A stretch of 64,000 nucleotides of DNA from a virus (taxonomy: Duplodnaviria; Heunggongvirae; Uroviricota; Caudoviricetes), in IMG/VR virus record IMGVR_UViG_3300042256_000013, positions 307,105-371,104 of that record, one strand, 5' to 3'. Shown piece after piece: positions 30,881-42,737 of the stretch. The translations under genes and the position numbers were made by a program. Each line of letters begins with the position of its first letter. Position 1 is the stretch's first letter. The notes beneath the pieces are model-generated. The model worked only from the letters and a program-made list of their open reading frames with translations, was not told the origin of the DNA and did no database searches.

Positions 30881-31383
30881 TTCATTTCCTTAATAGAAAA
30901 AGGCCGCCTAAGCAGCCTTTAAGATTATTTCGGTACATAATTGTACTTACTGAGATCATGTTCATCCAGGATACCGCTATCATATCCGTACTGAAGAATA
31001 ATATCAAATCCTTCATCAACCATACGCACAACATCTGCATAACGGCGAACTTTGTCTTTGTTCTTTTCTACAGCATTAATTAGCTCGTTTAGTACTGGAG
31101 CTAATGCAGGGATATTATGTAGCTTAGCGAAACGTGGACGGCGAGTAGCCGCCAGAATATCATTCCAATCCGGTACAAACACTTCCCCACGAGTCGGAAT
31201 GTCAGAAAGAACAAACGGGAAGTTTTGGTTATTCTTCTTCATTTGATCTTCCTGAGCAGTACGATAACCGCGACGGAAGAACGGATGCATTTGTTTTAAT
31301 GCTTCAGAACTTAGAGGTTCATTTCTTTTATCCTGAAAGAATGTGTATCCAAGAGTATATTGATCATTTGTTGCCATAAAAAT

Positions 31384-31683
31384 TTAGTCCTTTGGTACTG
31401 CTACTTTCGTTTCGAAAGTTCCTTTTGTGTTACGTAATTCAACTGCATGTTCAAACAGAAAATCTGGTTGAATATTTTTAGCTACAAGATACCCAAGCAT
31501 TAACTCAAGAATATCGGACATAGCATCCAGTACTGGTTCAGCTTCAGTTGAACCTTTCACTGATAATGCAGTACTTGCAATTTGTTCAAGTGCTACATTC
31601 ATAAATTCTGAAGTACTAATACTTTCAGAATTAGCGGGAATCTCGTTCCCGCGAACCAATTGTTTAGTCATAATTACACCCAA
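31384..31683 (-). CDS. Degenerate MazG/PRA-PH-like protein
   Basis: DAMSDILEL...LRNTKGTFE resembles the PRA-PH C-terminus. Confidence 0.4.
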   Translation of the reverse strand: MGVIMTKQLVRGNEIPANSESISTSEFMNVALEQIASTALSVKGSTEAEPVLDAMSDILELMLGYLVAKNIQPDFLFEHAVELRNTKGTFETKVAVPKD

Positions 31684-32354
31684 TCAAATGAGCCGTCACG
31701 ACGTTTAACTTTGTACTGGCCTTTAGCATTACGCTCACCAACCAGAATACCATCTACAAAGCCCTTAGAACCGTACTGAAGTGCTTCTTCAGCATTCAGC
31801 CACAAGTCACGATCACAATCTTTCATGAACTGTTCATAATCCTGACCTACAGCTTCCGCGATCTGCGTAGTCAAAAGACTATTCAGGCGATCAGAATGTG
31901 CCAGTGCAATTTTCTGGTCAGTGATAAGACCTTTAGTACCAGAAGATACCTGGTGAGCCATAATGAATGCATCAGCACCCATCAAACGCATACCTGGAGT
32001 ACCAACAACTGACTGAGTATAGCAACCCATAGAAGCAGCATAACCCATTACAATAGTTTTAATTGGCGAACGACAGTTCTTCGCAACATCTTTAATGCCA
32101 AGTCCATCATGGACAGAACCACCTGGGGAGGTAATGAAGATGGTGATTGGTTGAGCACTGCGAGAATCCAGATACATTAACTGCATCTTGATAATGTGTG
32201 CCATTTGTTCGTTGAAATCAGTATCAATCATAATGATACGTTCCTGCATCATACGCGATGCGAGATCATAAGAACGCTCACCTTCAGCAGATTTTTCCAG
32301 TACAAATGGGATGGAGATAGAGGTTGGAGCTACAATTTGGTTAGTATCAGTCAT
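31674..32354 (-). CDS. clpP: ClpP protease subunit
   Basis: GERSYDLASRMMQERII, ITSPGGSV, YAASMG (Ser), MAHQ (His), DRDLWL (Asp). Confidence 0.93.
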   Translation of the reverse strand: MTDTNQIVAPTSISIPFVLEKSAEGERSYDLASRMMQERIIMIDTDFNEQMAHIIKMQLMYLDSRSAQPITIFITSPGGSVHDGLGIKDVAKNCRSPIKTIVMGYAASMGCYTQSVVGTPGMRLMGADAFIMAHQVSSGTKGLITDQKIALAHSDRLNSLLTTQIAEAVGQDYEQFMKDCDRDLWLNAEEALQYGSKGFVDGILVGERNAKGQYKVKRRDGSFDWV

Positions 32355-32364
32355 AATTTATCCT

Positions 32365-32790
32365 TTAGTAAATATCGCCAGAAATGGTACTTACGTTACC
32401 ATTAATATCATCACAGTCTACATCTCCAGAAATGGTATTAACATTTCCAGAAACATCGTCACAAGTTATATCTCCAGATGTAGTTCCAATGTTACCAAAA
32501 ACATTTTCACAATTTACATCGCCAGAGACAGTATTAATTCCATTGGTTACATTAGCACAAGTAATTGTGCCATTACCAAGAGTAATGGATTCAACATCAC
32601 CATTTACTTCGATGTTTATTTCAACATCATCCCCAACAACCGGTAATCCATCAATAGTGATAAATGTACCGCCATCAGAAGTTTTCTTTACTACCATTTC
32701 ACTAAAAACAGTACTTTGACCATTAACCGTTACTTGGGTGTTTTTCGATGCCATTTGCATTAGTCGAATCAAAGCATCATTACTTGGCAT
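32365..32790 (-). CDS. Beta-solenoid repeat protein (adhesin/DUF4097-like)
   Basis: Repeats of GN[IV]xTxSGD[VI]xC with ~15-aa period. Confidence 0.65.
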   Translation of the reverse strand: MPSNDALIRLMQMASKNTQVTVNGQSTVFSEMVVKKTSDGGTFITIDGLPVVGDDVEINIEVNGDVESITLGNGTITCANVTNGINTVSGDVNCENVFGNIGTTSGDITCDDVSGNVNTISGDVDCDDINGNVSTISGDIY

Positions 32791-32792
32791 GA

Positions 32793-33578
32793 TTATACCT
32801 CGAAAGTTAAAGTACTGTTAAAGTTTGGATTTTCAGCCGTCTGTTGACCATAACCACGAGGATTACAGATTACACGAGTATCGCCAATCATATAATCTGC
32901 TGCTTGATGAATGTGACCGTGTACCCAAACTTGCGGATTTAAATCACCGACATAATAATCCATGAATGAACAGTAACATCCATTCAGTTTATCGCCGATA
33001 TACATTTCGGGTACGCTTTGAAAACTAGGGGAATGGTGAGTCATCACCAGTACTTTCATAGTATCGCACGTCTCACGAACAATGTCAACCGCTTTTTTGA
33101 TATATTGTTTAGATACATGATGCATTGCTTCAACATCTTCAGGTTTCAGCTTGCGTTGCCACGGTACACCAATTGGTCCATGCCGAATATGTTTATAATC
33201 GTTCATCTCAATTGATGCAAGATAACGAGTTAGTGGAGTAGCACCATCAAAGTCAGTCCACAACGTACTACCAACAATCATCACATCATCAAAGATTATG
33301 AAACTATCTTGTAAGAAGTGGAAGTTTTCAATAGTACTGTCCAGCAGAGCTAAACGATCATGAGTTCGATGAATACTACCTTTGTAGTATTCATGGTTGC
33401 CTGGTACTAACAGTACTTCTTTGTACTTGTTAGCCAGTATTTGAATGTGTTCACCATATGATGTACGGCAAACTTCTCCCAAATCACCAGGAATCAGAAG
33501 AATAGTATCTTTCTGATCTTCCAGTTCATGGATAAAATTAATATATCCGTGTAAATCGGACATAACGGCAAATTTCAT
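32793..33578 (-). CDS. Calcineurin-like metallophosphoesterase
   Basis: SDLH, PGDL, PGNHEYY, THHSP, HGHIH, NPRGY; promoter TTGACA-N16-TAGAAT at 33604-33631. Confidence 0.9.
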   Translation of the reverse strand: MKFAVMSDLHGYINFIHELEDQKDTILLIPGDLGEVCRTSYGEHIQILANKYKEVLLVPGNHEYYKGSIHRTHDRLALLDSTIENFHFLQDSFIIFDDVMIVGSTLWTDFDGATPLTRYLASIEMNDYKHIRHGPIGVPWQRKLKPEDVEAMHHVSKQYIKKAVDIVRETCDTMKVLVMTHHSPSFQSVPEMYIGDKLNGCYCSFMDYYVGDLNPQVWVHGHIHQAADYMIGDTRVICNPRGYGQQTAENPNFNSTLTFEV

Positions 33579-33638
33579 AGTGAATCTCCATTTGTTATCA
33601 GCTATTCTACCAGAAATTTGCTGCATGTCAAGGACTTT

Positions 33639-35057
33639 TTATCCTTCTAAACGAGCCAATTTCTCACGTAAAACGTGTACAGCACTGTCACGTATTTCTT
33701 TAATACGTTCATAAGTGTCGCATGTATCTTTGTCGAAACGGAATTCTACCCAAACAGGTAAGAATAAACTTGGACGACCAGTACGCTTATCAATGGTAAT
33801 CGCAGTACTTTCAACTGTAGTAATACAGTTATTGATTTCATCCCAACGATCCATCATCGTTTGGAATGTCCACTCAGCATCTTTTTCTTTGATGCCCGTA
33901 CCACAACCAACTTCAAGTATACCATCTTCGGACTCCAAAATCAAGGAGCCAATCATACCTTTTCTCTTTCCTTCGCCTGGATTATAACCAATTACACGCA
34001 GATCAATCTGCATCTTCAGTTTTAATTTAAGTTGTTTAGGAGAAGTGTGTGATTTCCAAATACCACTTTCACATTTTAGAATAACACCTTCTTCACCATT
34101 CTCAATGGCTTCAGTATTATGATCAAATGCTTCACCAATATCAGAAACTTTACGGTACTCAACAAGACGAACAAAGTCCGAATTCAAAGTACTAATAGCT
34201 GCTTCCAGTAATTCACGACGCTCTTTACGTTCAACATTCCATAAACCATTACGGAAACAATCAAACGGTATAACATCCCAAAGTACAAATACTACACGCA
34301 TAGCTTCTGAATCTGAAATACTATCTTTGCCCGCTTTCTGAATAATGCCATTACCAGTTTCACGTGGAAGAATATTTCCGTTACTATCCAGTACTAAACA
34401 TTCTCCATTGAAGACAACTCCACTTTCAAATCGTGCATCGATATTTTTGACAGCAGTCGCCAGTTCAATCATATCTTGGTCTTTATGTCCAAGGAAGTCA
34501 TAAATTTTACCATTTCTTGATGTGCAAAGCAAGGTATTATTTACAACAGCACTGTTCAAATATTGACCATCCATCTTAATCTCAGAGACAGCATATCCAT
34601 GAGTTTTGAAAGAAGTAATATTTGGAATAGTCTTTTCTGTAACTAATGAACAACGCATGTAAGGTTCATCTTTAATGAAGTCCTTACCATATACATCGTT
34701 CGCATTCTTTTCTTGAATACCACAATCTAGGTTCTTCAGTACTACACGACGAATAATTTCAGCGTCGTCTTCATCTAATGAACCTAATAGTTCACTAAGG
34801 AAGTGTCGAGCAGCATTACCAGTGACTTCACGATTGTATAGATTATCCAGTTGATCAAGTGCTTCACTTAGAGTCAGAGATTGTTCTGTCTCAAATGGTT
34901 CTGGAATCTTTTTAATCCCACTAACAATAGATGGCTCAAGTGCCAAATGAATGGCACGTTTGAGGTCTGCATTGTTGATATTCTCAGTGAGAATTTCCTT
35001 CTTAGCGTTAGTACTAGAAGTTTCTTTGATTTGTAAAATAATATCTAAAACAGACAT
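33639..35057 (-). CDS. lig: ATP-dependent DNA ligase (T4 gp30-like)
   Basis: EIKMDG (KxDG), FNGE, LWDVI, EEGVILK, KLK, SLFLPVWVEFRFDK. Confidence 0.95.
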   Translation of the reverse strand: MSVLDIILQIKETSSTNAKKEILTENINNADLKRAIHLALEPSIVSGIKKIPEPFETEQSLTLSEALDQLDNLYNREVTGNAARHFLSELLGSLDEDDAEIIRRVVLKNLDCGIQEKNANDVYGKDFIKDEPYMRCSLVTEKTIPNITSFKTHGYAVSEIKMDGQYLNSAVVNNTLLCTSRNGKIYDFLGHKDQDMIELATAVKNIDARFESGVVFNGECLVLDSNGNILPRETGNGIIQKAGKDSISDSEAMRVVFVLWDVIPFDCFRNGLWNVERKERRELLEAAISTLNSDFVRLVEYRKVSDIGEAFDHNTEAIENGEEGVILKCESGIWKSHTSPKQLKLKLKMQIDLRVIGYNPGEGKRKGMIGSLILESEDGILEVGCGTGIKEKDAEWTFQTMMDRWDEINNCITTVESTAITIDKRTGRPSLFLPVWVEFRFDKDTCDTYERIKEIRDSAVHVLREKLARLEG

Positions 35058-35066
35058 TCTATTTCC

Positions 35067-36221
35067 TTATAGAGTGTAATAACCTACCTCAACAGTTTGA
35101 GGTATTGGAATTTGAGTTGTTTGATATGTTCGTTCTGATATTGAATTATAATCTCTCATGACATAAGCTAATAAATTAACCAAACTGAAGTTATAATTAT
35201 TTGAATATGTATTACCATCACATTTATCAGATGACGAATATGATACCTGATTACCACCCCAATATGTCTGAACATATTCTAATCTAAACGCGGTTATTCG
35301 GTGATTTCCAACTTTATAGATTTTGCTATTTTTAATTGACTCTATACTAGAAAATGGTTGCTCTACGTATTGTAGATGAACATCTTCAATTTTATATGGT
35401 TTATCATGAATGAACATAACATCCAAATAATTTGGAATATAATTATAATAAAACTCATAATTACTAACATACTTATTTGTTGTTCGTATTTGAGTATTCA
35501 TTTCTTCTATTACAGTAGCTCGATCAACGTCTATATGATTAGAAATAGTGAAATCTGGCAATTTACTAAGTGCGTAATATTCGTTATCTTCTAAATTTCG
35601 AACAACAAACTTTAGTGAGCTTTTTGACGTGAATTGACTTGAATCATTCTTTGAGATATTGATAGCATGATACTTACCACAATATACAAAATCATATTCT
35701 ATATTTGTATTATTGTAATTACCAGCCATTGAAACATGAATAACGTCACCTACTTCTACTTCTTGAACATTTTTCTGCTGAGTCTTTTTTTGTGCTTCAC
35801 GTGCAACTAAATCAGCAAATAATTTTGTTTTTTCATTTACTAATTTTTTATTATGAGTGAAGAACAGTTCATCCTGAAATTCACCTTCTACTATTGTATT
35901 AGTTTCCAGAAGATCGCACAAGTTATCTGATGTAATCTCGAACTCGAAACCTTCTGGATGCATAATACGCCACACAACGTTAGAAGTACTGTAACGACTT
36001 ACGTTAGTAACCATACGGAATCCAGTACGTGGAGTGTTATCTACGTAAATTGGTTCCATTGATTGTCTACTTATATTTTGACTAGCCCAACGATCCGCTT
36101 TTTCTTTTGATTGCTTGAATTTTTTTGTTTCTTCATTATCTGCTACAACCATCCAGCCAAGCATTTCTTCTGCTGAACGGTAAACACGTGTAACATAAAA
36201 TTTTTCAGGAATAACAGCCAT
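35067..36221 (-). CDS. Hypothetical phage protein
   Basis: 384-aa ORF with an AT-richer 3' half. Confidence 0.6.
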   Translation of the reverse strand: MAVIPEKFYVTRVYRSAEEMLGWMVVADNEETKKFKQSKEKADRWASQNISRQSMEPIYVDNTPRTGFRMVTNVSRYSTSNVVWRIMHPEGFEFEITSDNLCDLLETNTIVEGEFQDELFFTHNKKLVNEKTKLFADLVAREAQKKTQQKNVQEVEVGDVIHVSMAGNYNNTNIEYDFVYCGKYHAINISKNDSSQFTSKSSLKFVVRNLEDNEYYALSKLPDFTISNHIDVDRATVIEEMNTQIRTTNKYVSNYEFYYNYIPNYLDVMFIHDKPYKIEDVHLQYVEQPFSSIESIKNSKIYKVGNHRITAFRLEYVQTYWGGNQVSYSSSDKCDGNTYSNNYNFSLVNLLAYVMRDYNSISERTYQTTQIPIPQTVEVGYYTL

Positions 36222-36229
36222 GTCTTATA

Positions 36230-36700
36230 TTATTTTGCCAAAGGGAGAAATGCAATTGCTTCAAGTACTAAAATACCATAACGACCATAAGAGTCGTGCA
36301 TTTCTACAGTTAATGTTGCATATTCATTTGTATCAGGTTTAGTACTACGGATACGTGACATATATTCAACAGCTACGTCATCCATTACAACACTGATACT
36401 TGTTAGTGCGTTATTTACACCTGGTTCAAAAAAAGGTGCAAAAGGCATTACTTCATCAGGTTCTTTACGTTCCCATTCTTCCAGTAGTTCAAGAATACGA
36501 CACATAGAATCATGCATACCACCGTTAAGAACTACAGTAGTTTTATCATACTTAGCCCACGTGTATACAACTGAACCTAAATGAGAAGTTTTTGAATTCG
36601 TCATTGGGTATTTTACGAATAACTCAGCAGTACTATGCTGAGTCTGAATTCCGGCGTGAATTCCCGCCATGTACATATTTGTGATACTATATAAACGCAT
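36230..36700 (-). CDS. Peptidyl-tRNA hydrolase II (PTH2)-like protein
   Basis: GIQTQHS (cf. AQxxH), W...KTTVVL, EPG...LTSI, FLPLA. Confidence 0.55.
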   Translation of the reverse strand: MRLYSITNMYMAGIHAGIQTQHSTAELFVKYPMTNSKTSHLGSVVYTWAKYDKTTVVLNGGMHDSMCRILELLEEWERKEPDEVMPFAPFFEPGVNNALTSISVVMDDVAVEYMSRIRSTKPDTNEYATLTVEMHDSYGRYGILVLEAIAFLPLAK

Positions 36701-37479
36701 TAATACTCCTTAATTGTGAAACCTGCTTCTTGACCCCATGCATCAGGAACTGCGGCAACAAATTTCATTGTCATTGTTTCTGTATCCATTTGACCAATTG
36801 TGAAAGAACCATTACGGAATTGGGTATCTAACCATACACGGTTCCCAAATACCAAAGGTTCAGGTACGCCAGTGTGACCATGAATTACATAATCAACACC
36901 TTCAACTACAGCTTCTAGTTTTTCTTTTGGCGGTACTTGATGATCATAAATTGCGTACTGAATAGCATCACGATCCCAAATCAACTGATAACGGTACTCA
37001 GGATTATTTTCAGTATATTCTTTAATTAGATCCCACGTGTTGATGCTTGGGTAATGTGGAATACCAGCATGTGCTACACCAATTTTATAACCACGATGAT
37101 TCACTTCAATCAAGTACGGTACTTCATCAAGTAGAGTACAGAAATGGTCAATACCAGGTTGTCCAATTTCATCAAGTGTAGTTTGACCGCCATTTTGTTT
37201 CCAGCACATATCCCATTCACGGCTATTACGTGCATCCATCATCATACGTTCGTGGTTTCCAAGAACCATATGACGGTTTTCTTTATTCAAAAATTCAAAT
37301 AAAGTTTTTGCGTTGTATTGACCACGATCAACGAGATCACCAACACTAATTAATACATCATCATCAGTGATGCCTAGTTCAATTAATGAACGTTGGAACA
37401 ATTCGAAGTTCCCATGAATATCACCGATGAAATAAACATTTTTATCATCAGGAATGTCAATAACTTTTACAAAGCTCAT
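36700..37479 (-). CDS. Ser/Thr protein phosphatase (lambda NinI/PphA-like)
   Basis: GDIHG, VGDLVDRG, LGNHE, HAG, IWDR, HGHT, LDT. Confidence 0.92.
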   Translation of the reverse strand: MSFVKVIDIPDDKNVYFIGDIHGNFELFQRSLIELGITDDDVLISVGDLVDRGQYNAKTLFEFLNKENRHMVLGNHERMMMDARNSREWDMCWKQNGGQTTLDEIGQPGIDHFCTLLDEVPYLIEVNHRGYKIGVAHAGIPHYPSINTWDLIKEYTENNPEYRYQLIWDRDAIQYAIYDHQVPPKEKLEAVVEGVDYVIHGHTGVPEPLVFGNRVWLDTQFRNGSFTIGQMDTETMTMKFVAAVPDAWGQEAGFTIKEY

Positions 37480-37981
37480 GTGGCTTTCCTCTTTTTAATA
37501 ATAGGTTTAGATAACCATTTAAAGCAAAATGCACCTATTTGACAAAAAACTTCGACCCACCAGAATAGAATTATAAGAATTAACATACCAAACAATTGTA
37601 ATGAGTTAAGGCTAAATTCGGTTTCTGATTTATGAAGGTATACAATGTAAGCAATAAACGCAATGGCAGCACCAAGTCCATATAGACAAAGTACTAAATC
37701 CCAATTAATGTCCATATTCTTTTTCCTTATCTTTAACTAGATCAGGTTTTTTGTCACCAATTGGTAAAAGATTAGTCTGCCTATAGACACACCCGTCATC
37801 ACATAACCATGAAAGTTCAATATCTGGAATAACTAAGTACGATTTTCCATCAAACGGATTAATAAAAACTCCAGTGTTTTTATCTATTTGTGCAACTAAA
37901 GTTACACATTTACCATTATCTGCCGTATCAATTACTAAACCGTATACCATAGCAATTGTGCCAACTTTAAATTCACTCATA

Positions 37982-38893
37982 TTATACCTCGTATGGTTTA
38001 AGTACTTCTTGGTTCTGTCGGAACCGATTTACGTAATCATTTTCACCACGTTCACGATACATTGTAATAATAGTATCAAAGTTTTCCCATGCGTAGTGCC
38101 TGAACCATCCAGAAGTAATGCTTGTACAAACTTTAATTAGTGCAGTTACAAATGAACTACGTGGATCTAATTCAAAGTTATTAGGGATTTGTGAACGTTC
38201 AAGTGCAAGAACACAAGTTTCTTCATATACACCAAGAAGTCTAATACGTTCCGGTTGAGCAAAGAATTTATCTTTACTCGTCATAACATCTGCACCTTCA
38301 ACAATATAATTCATGTAAGCAGGTTTATTATCAATCATAATTGCTTCATGAATAGTATCGTGATCATAGATGTAATTAACTCCATCACCACTGAAGAACG
38401 ATGCTTTATTCTGATCCAGTACTGGATGCTTGTAGTTATACGTTTCTTTCTCACGAAGTTTGAAGATTTCATGTAGTACTGGATCATCCATATTAGCACC
38501 TAGTTTACGCATCAACATAATATCACGATGTGTTTTGATGAAATGTGGAGAATTCCGCAAGAATCGGTGTGACATTTTAATTGCGTACATAACATTTAAT
38601 CCAGCACGTACATTTCTATTATCAGCATTGCAATAATTGATCAATTGTTCAGTACTGTTATTAGAATGACCAAAATAGATTTCAATATTTTTCTGGAACT
38701 CTGGCATTTCACTGTCTGTATATAACAGATGTGCATAATCTTCAGTACGCTCAATTTCTACAGTATCTTGTAATCGTGCAGACCATTTTTCATATTCTGC
38801 ATGAGTCATCATTGCATCAAAATCACGAATATTATTTTTACGCATGAAATTAACTCCACTACTACTTCCAATAATCAACATATTAATCACCAA
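37982..38893 (-). CDS. Phage nucleotidyltransferase-like protein
   Basis: LIIGSS...RDFD N-terminus; IKMSH; YDHDTIHEA. Confidence 0.5.
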   Translation of the reverse strand: MVINMLIIGSSSGVNFMRKNNIRDFDAMMTHAEYEKWSARLQDTVEIERTEDYAHLLYTDSEMPEFQKNIEIYFGHSNNSTEQLINYCNADNRNVRAGLNVMYAIKMSHRFLRNSPHFIKTHRDIMLMRKLGANMDDPVLHEIFKLREKETYNYKHPVLDQNKASFFSGDGVNYIYDHDTIHEAIMIDNKPAYMNYIVEGADVMTSKDKFFAQPERIRLLGVYEETCVLALERSQIPNNFELDPRSSFVTALIKVCTSITSGWFRHYAWENFDTIITMYRERGENDYVNRFRQNQEVLKPYEV

Positions 38894-38951
38894 TGGTTAG
38901 AGTATATTGTCATAATTTAATTAAAATGGGGAACACGGTTCCCCTATTATA

Positions 38952-41900
38952 TTAGCAGAATGCAGAACTACTAATCCAATGACCAGTTTCGCCGTATGTC
39001 GAGGCATACCAATCATCAAGATATTGATAGTTATCTGAATCTTCATCGCACATTTCTTTGATAGCACTTCCTGGATAAAATGTTTCATCCATAACACTGA
39101 ATTCCTGACCAGTTTCATTAGCCAGTACTTCACCTTCTTTTATCAGTACTGCGATTTCTTTCTCAATTTGAGATAAACGTTTTGCTTTACTCATTTCAGT
39201 ACCTTAGCATGTTTGGCTTGATGCAACCCAACCACCTTGATCTGCATCAAGATAGTATTCATTTACAAGCCATGATTCATCTTCGTCTTGAAGAATAGCT
39301 GGTGGGTAATATGTACCACCCATACCATATGATACATCAAGACTAAAAGAAATACCATGTTCATCTGCAATAGAGATTGCGTCAGCGATTGCTTCATCAA
39401 TTTTTTGTACTGCTGCGGCTAACTGCTGTTTTGGGGTTAATTCACTCATTAGTAATCTTCGTCTTCTTCGTCATCTTCAGAGGTTTCATGGTTCCATGAA
39501 TCACTTGACCATTGAGATAACATTTGTTGAACTTCTTTTTCTTCTACATCAGTGGTATCATCATCAAATGCATAATGATAGTCGCCAACTGGTGCAAACC
39601 AATCCATACCATCGTATAGTTCAGTTTTAATTTCTTCAACTGTTTTGTTCACGAACAATTCAGTATAGTGATCACTCGACTCACTAATAATATGTAATGC
39701 TACAATCATCTTCCAATCCATTCCACGTTAGCATCAGTACTGCGATATTTGCTTGTACTTTGATCTTCATTCCAACGTTCTTCACAACACTTACATGTAA
39801 TAGCGTACCAATAAGAATCATCGGTTTTACACCAGTTTCCAGTATCAGCTTCTGGTTTTACAGTTACATATTTGTGTTTACAGTTAACTCTGAACGCATT
39901 TAAATCACTTATAGCTTTACCAGAGATTTCACGTAAACGTAAGTATTCCATACGTTGTGCTGCGAATTCCTGGTCTTCAGCATCTTTAAGTTCCTGATAT
40001 TCCATTGCACGTTCTTTAGACGTGAATTCAGATCCATCAGGAGTTATATAAACTTTAGTCATTTGTTTTTCCTATCTCTGATTTTTTCAACTATTAACAT
40101 AGGAATCAAAATGAACCATAGTACTGCGAATCCAGAATTAATAAAGAATCCTATTGGTTCATTCCAACTTTTTTCCATAGTATTAGAAATGACAAGCGTT
40201 AGTACTAATCCTACTACATAGATTATACAAACAATACCGATAAATTCTAACATTAGTCCCACCCTAAATGATAACGCCAGCCTTGGGAACCGAAAGCATC
40301 ATCATTATCACCAGCATCAAGAATGCTAATCATAAATTCGATTTCATCAGAAACCATAACGCCATTAACTGGAATTGAATTGGAAATATTGTCAAGTACT
40401 GCGGGGGTAAGTGGTGAGTAGTTTTCGAATAAGTCTTCGAAATCTGCATCGTCATGTCCAGAATAGTATTCGCGGTCAAATTCAACTACAAGATTATACA
40501 TAGTTCTTATATCACGGGCAAAAGAATCACGGTCAGATTCAGTACTGAATACTCCGTTAACTTCTAATTCGTTTTGTAATTTACCAAATTCACGTTCAGT
40601 CATACGTAACGCTCCATCAATTTATCAAAGATTTCTTTTAATGATTTTCCATTGAACCAATCAACTAACTCTAAATCATTAAAAGATGAATCTTCATCTT
40701 GATCTTCAGCGTGTTCATAGATTTCAACCATCCACGTTTTATTGAAATTTATATCAATTTTAAATACAAGTTCATTAAACGTGGATTCTTCAATAGTATC
40801 CATAATATTAGATACATATTCAAACTGTTCGTCTTCCGAGAGTTCATCAGGGAAGACGTATTTTACTTCATTAGCCATAACGTTTACCAATTAACCACAG
40901 GCCAATTAATGCCAGTAGTGGAGAGAATACAACTGCTACTACACCCCAAATAAATGGACTACGTTTCTGTTTGTTCGCGAAAACAATAACCAGAACAAAT
41001 GCGATGATCCAAATCAGTGTAAAAAAGATGCTCATATTTTATTCCTTACCAGTCGAGTTTACTTGCTCGTTCGTTGATCATTTTGATTGCTTCTTGACGA
41101 TTACGTTCATGTTCGTAATCTTCTTTTGTCCAGGGAACTTCTATGAGTTCCAATCCACAGCAGCGGCCTAACATGAATTCTTCCGAACCATAGCCATCAC
41201 CACAAATTTGACAAACTGTTTTAGTACGAATGTGATGTACATTAGTCATACAAACCGTCCATAATAATATCATAATAGTTATCAAGAAATTCTTCTTCCT
41301 CAAAACCATAGTGTTTAGTATGAATAGTTATATCACGAACTTCATAATTAGGATTTTTAAGAAAATTATCAATCTGAGATTTTACAGAAGCATGAATCTC
41401 TTCAGGAGATGCGTTCATAAACAACTCACTCCATGAGTAATTGCTATCCTCATAAAATCCTAGTACTACACAAGCGAATACTAACTTATCAGTCATTTCT
41501 TTCTACTCCAATAGTCGAATGCATGAATAAAGATATTACGAATAGTAATATCATTAATATTATCCATGTGTTCTTTTATGACAGAAACATCATAAGTTTC
41601 GTTAGTTTGAATGTACTGAACAATATCTTTCATTGGTGGAAAAACCTCATATATATCTGAATTTCTGAATATTTGGGAAAAATAAACAGGGTCATTAATT
41701 ATGAAATCACCAATACTACGAATCAATTGTTTCTCGTTTAACGAGTATTCATTCATTTTGATTTCCAGGACTTGTCAGTACATCAACCTTAATATCATAT
41801 TGATCTTCTGGATAGATATTACGAAGAGAAGCTATACAACCACCAACACCCAAATACCCACCAATTGCGTTGAGATAATTCTCAGTACTTTGTGCGATAA

Positions 41901-41955
41901 TATCGTATGGTTCTTTGCTATCTTTTTTACGAATTGTATATACAACGTGAATCAT
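38952..41955 (-). CDS. Cluster of ~10 small, mostly acidic hypothetical genes, with paralog pairs 38952..39194/39204..39449 and 39449..39721/41242..41496
   Basis: Abutting ORFs; C-termini WISSSAFC / WVASSQTC; ELFVNKTVEEI / ELFMNASPEEI. Confidence 0.6.
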
Positions 41956-41979
41956 GTTGTACTCCTTATATGTTAAATT

Positions 41980-42005
41980 AAAAGAAAGGACACTATAGTG
42001 TCCTT
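41980..42005 (-). terminator. Intrinsic terminator
   Basis: AAGGACACT/AGTGTCCTT stem plus T-rich tail. Confidence 0.75.
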
Positions 42006-42705
42006 ATTTGTCTTTCCATTTTTTACCATTTTGCCAATCTGGATGACTTAATCTATAATCATTTTCATCCATAGTATGGGTGACAGTGCCATCTTTATGA
42101 ACTAACCATTTTCTTTTAGAAGCAGCAGATGAATAATTTTTCTTATGTTCTTCTGTTCGAATTTTTCCAGTATTACTTTTTCTAATTCCATCAGACCATT
42201 TTTGTTTTTCAGAATAAGACATATTATAAAAACAAGGCTTTCCATACATAGGATTATTTTCACCAACGAATTTTCCTATCATACGTTCACTAATTTTTGA
42301 ACAAAATTCATCTGTCATTTTCATTCCTTTATTCCATGATACCACTTCCCCATTGTCATATTGGGCTTTTCGTATTCTGGACATATTTTGAATGAATTGT
42401 TCTTTTTCTTCATTACTCATAAATGCGGTCATTCCACCACGACCACCAACCTTACAATTATATGTATCTTTTCTTTTAATGAATTCTTCATTCACTATTT
42501 CTTTTTCTTTATCATACATATCAGAAGGTGTATCTAAAATGAATAAGGTTTCTCTCTTAAAATTTTCTATACCATATTTTTTAATGGCAAGTTTTATGTA
42601 TTTCCCAGAACCCATATAACTGTCATTCAAATTTTCAGTTTTATGTGCTCCAATATAAATTTTATTATTAATTAAATTTGTTACTTTGTAAATTAAATAG
42701 TGCAT
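42004..42705 (-). mobile_element. Free-standing GIY-YIG (Seg-like) homing endonuclease with NUMOD3 repeats
   Basis: LIYKVTNLINNKIYIGAH, YMGSG, YGIENF, YNCKVGGRGG, GENNPMYGK; start MHYLIY has SD GGAGG. Confidence 0.9.
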
Positions 42706-42731
42706 ACAATCCTCCGTATGCACTATTTATA
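42694..42731 (-). promoter_or_regulatory. Start-codon-sequestering 14-bp hairpin overlapped by late promoter TATAAATA
   Basis: TAAATAGTGCATAC-GGAGGATT-GTATGCACTATTTA on minus strand; TATAAATA at 42724-42731. Confidence 0.85.
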
Positions 42732-42737
42732 TCATTG

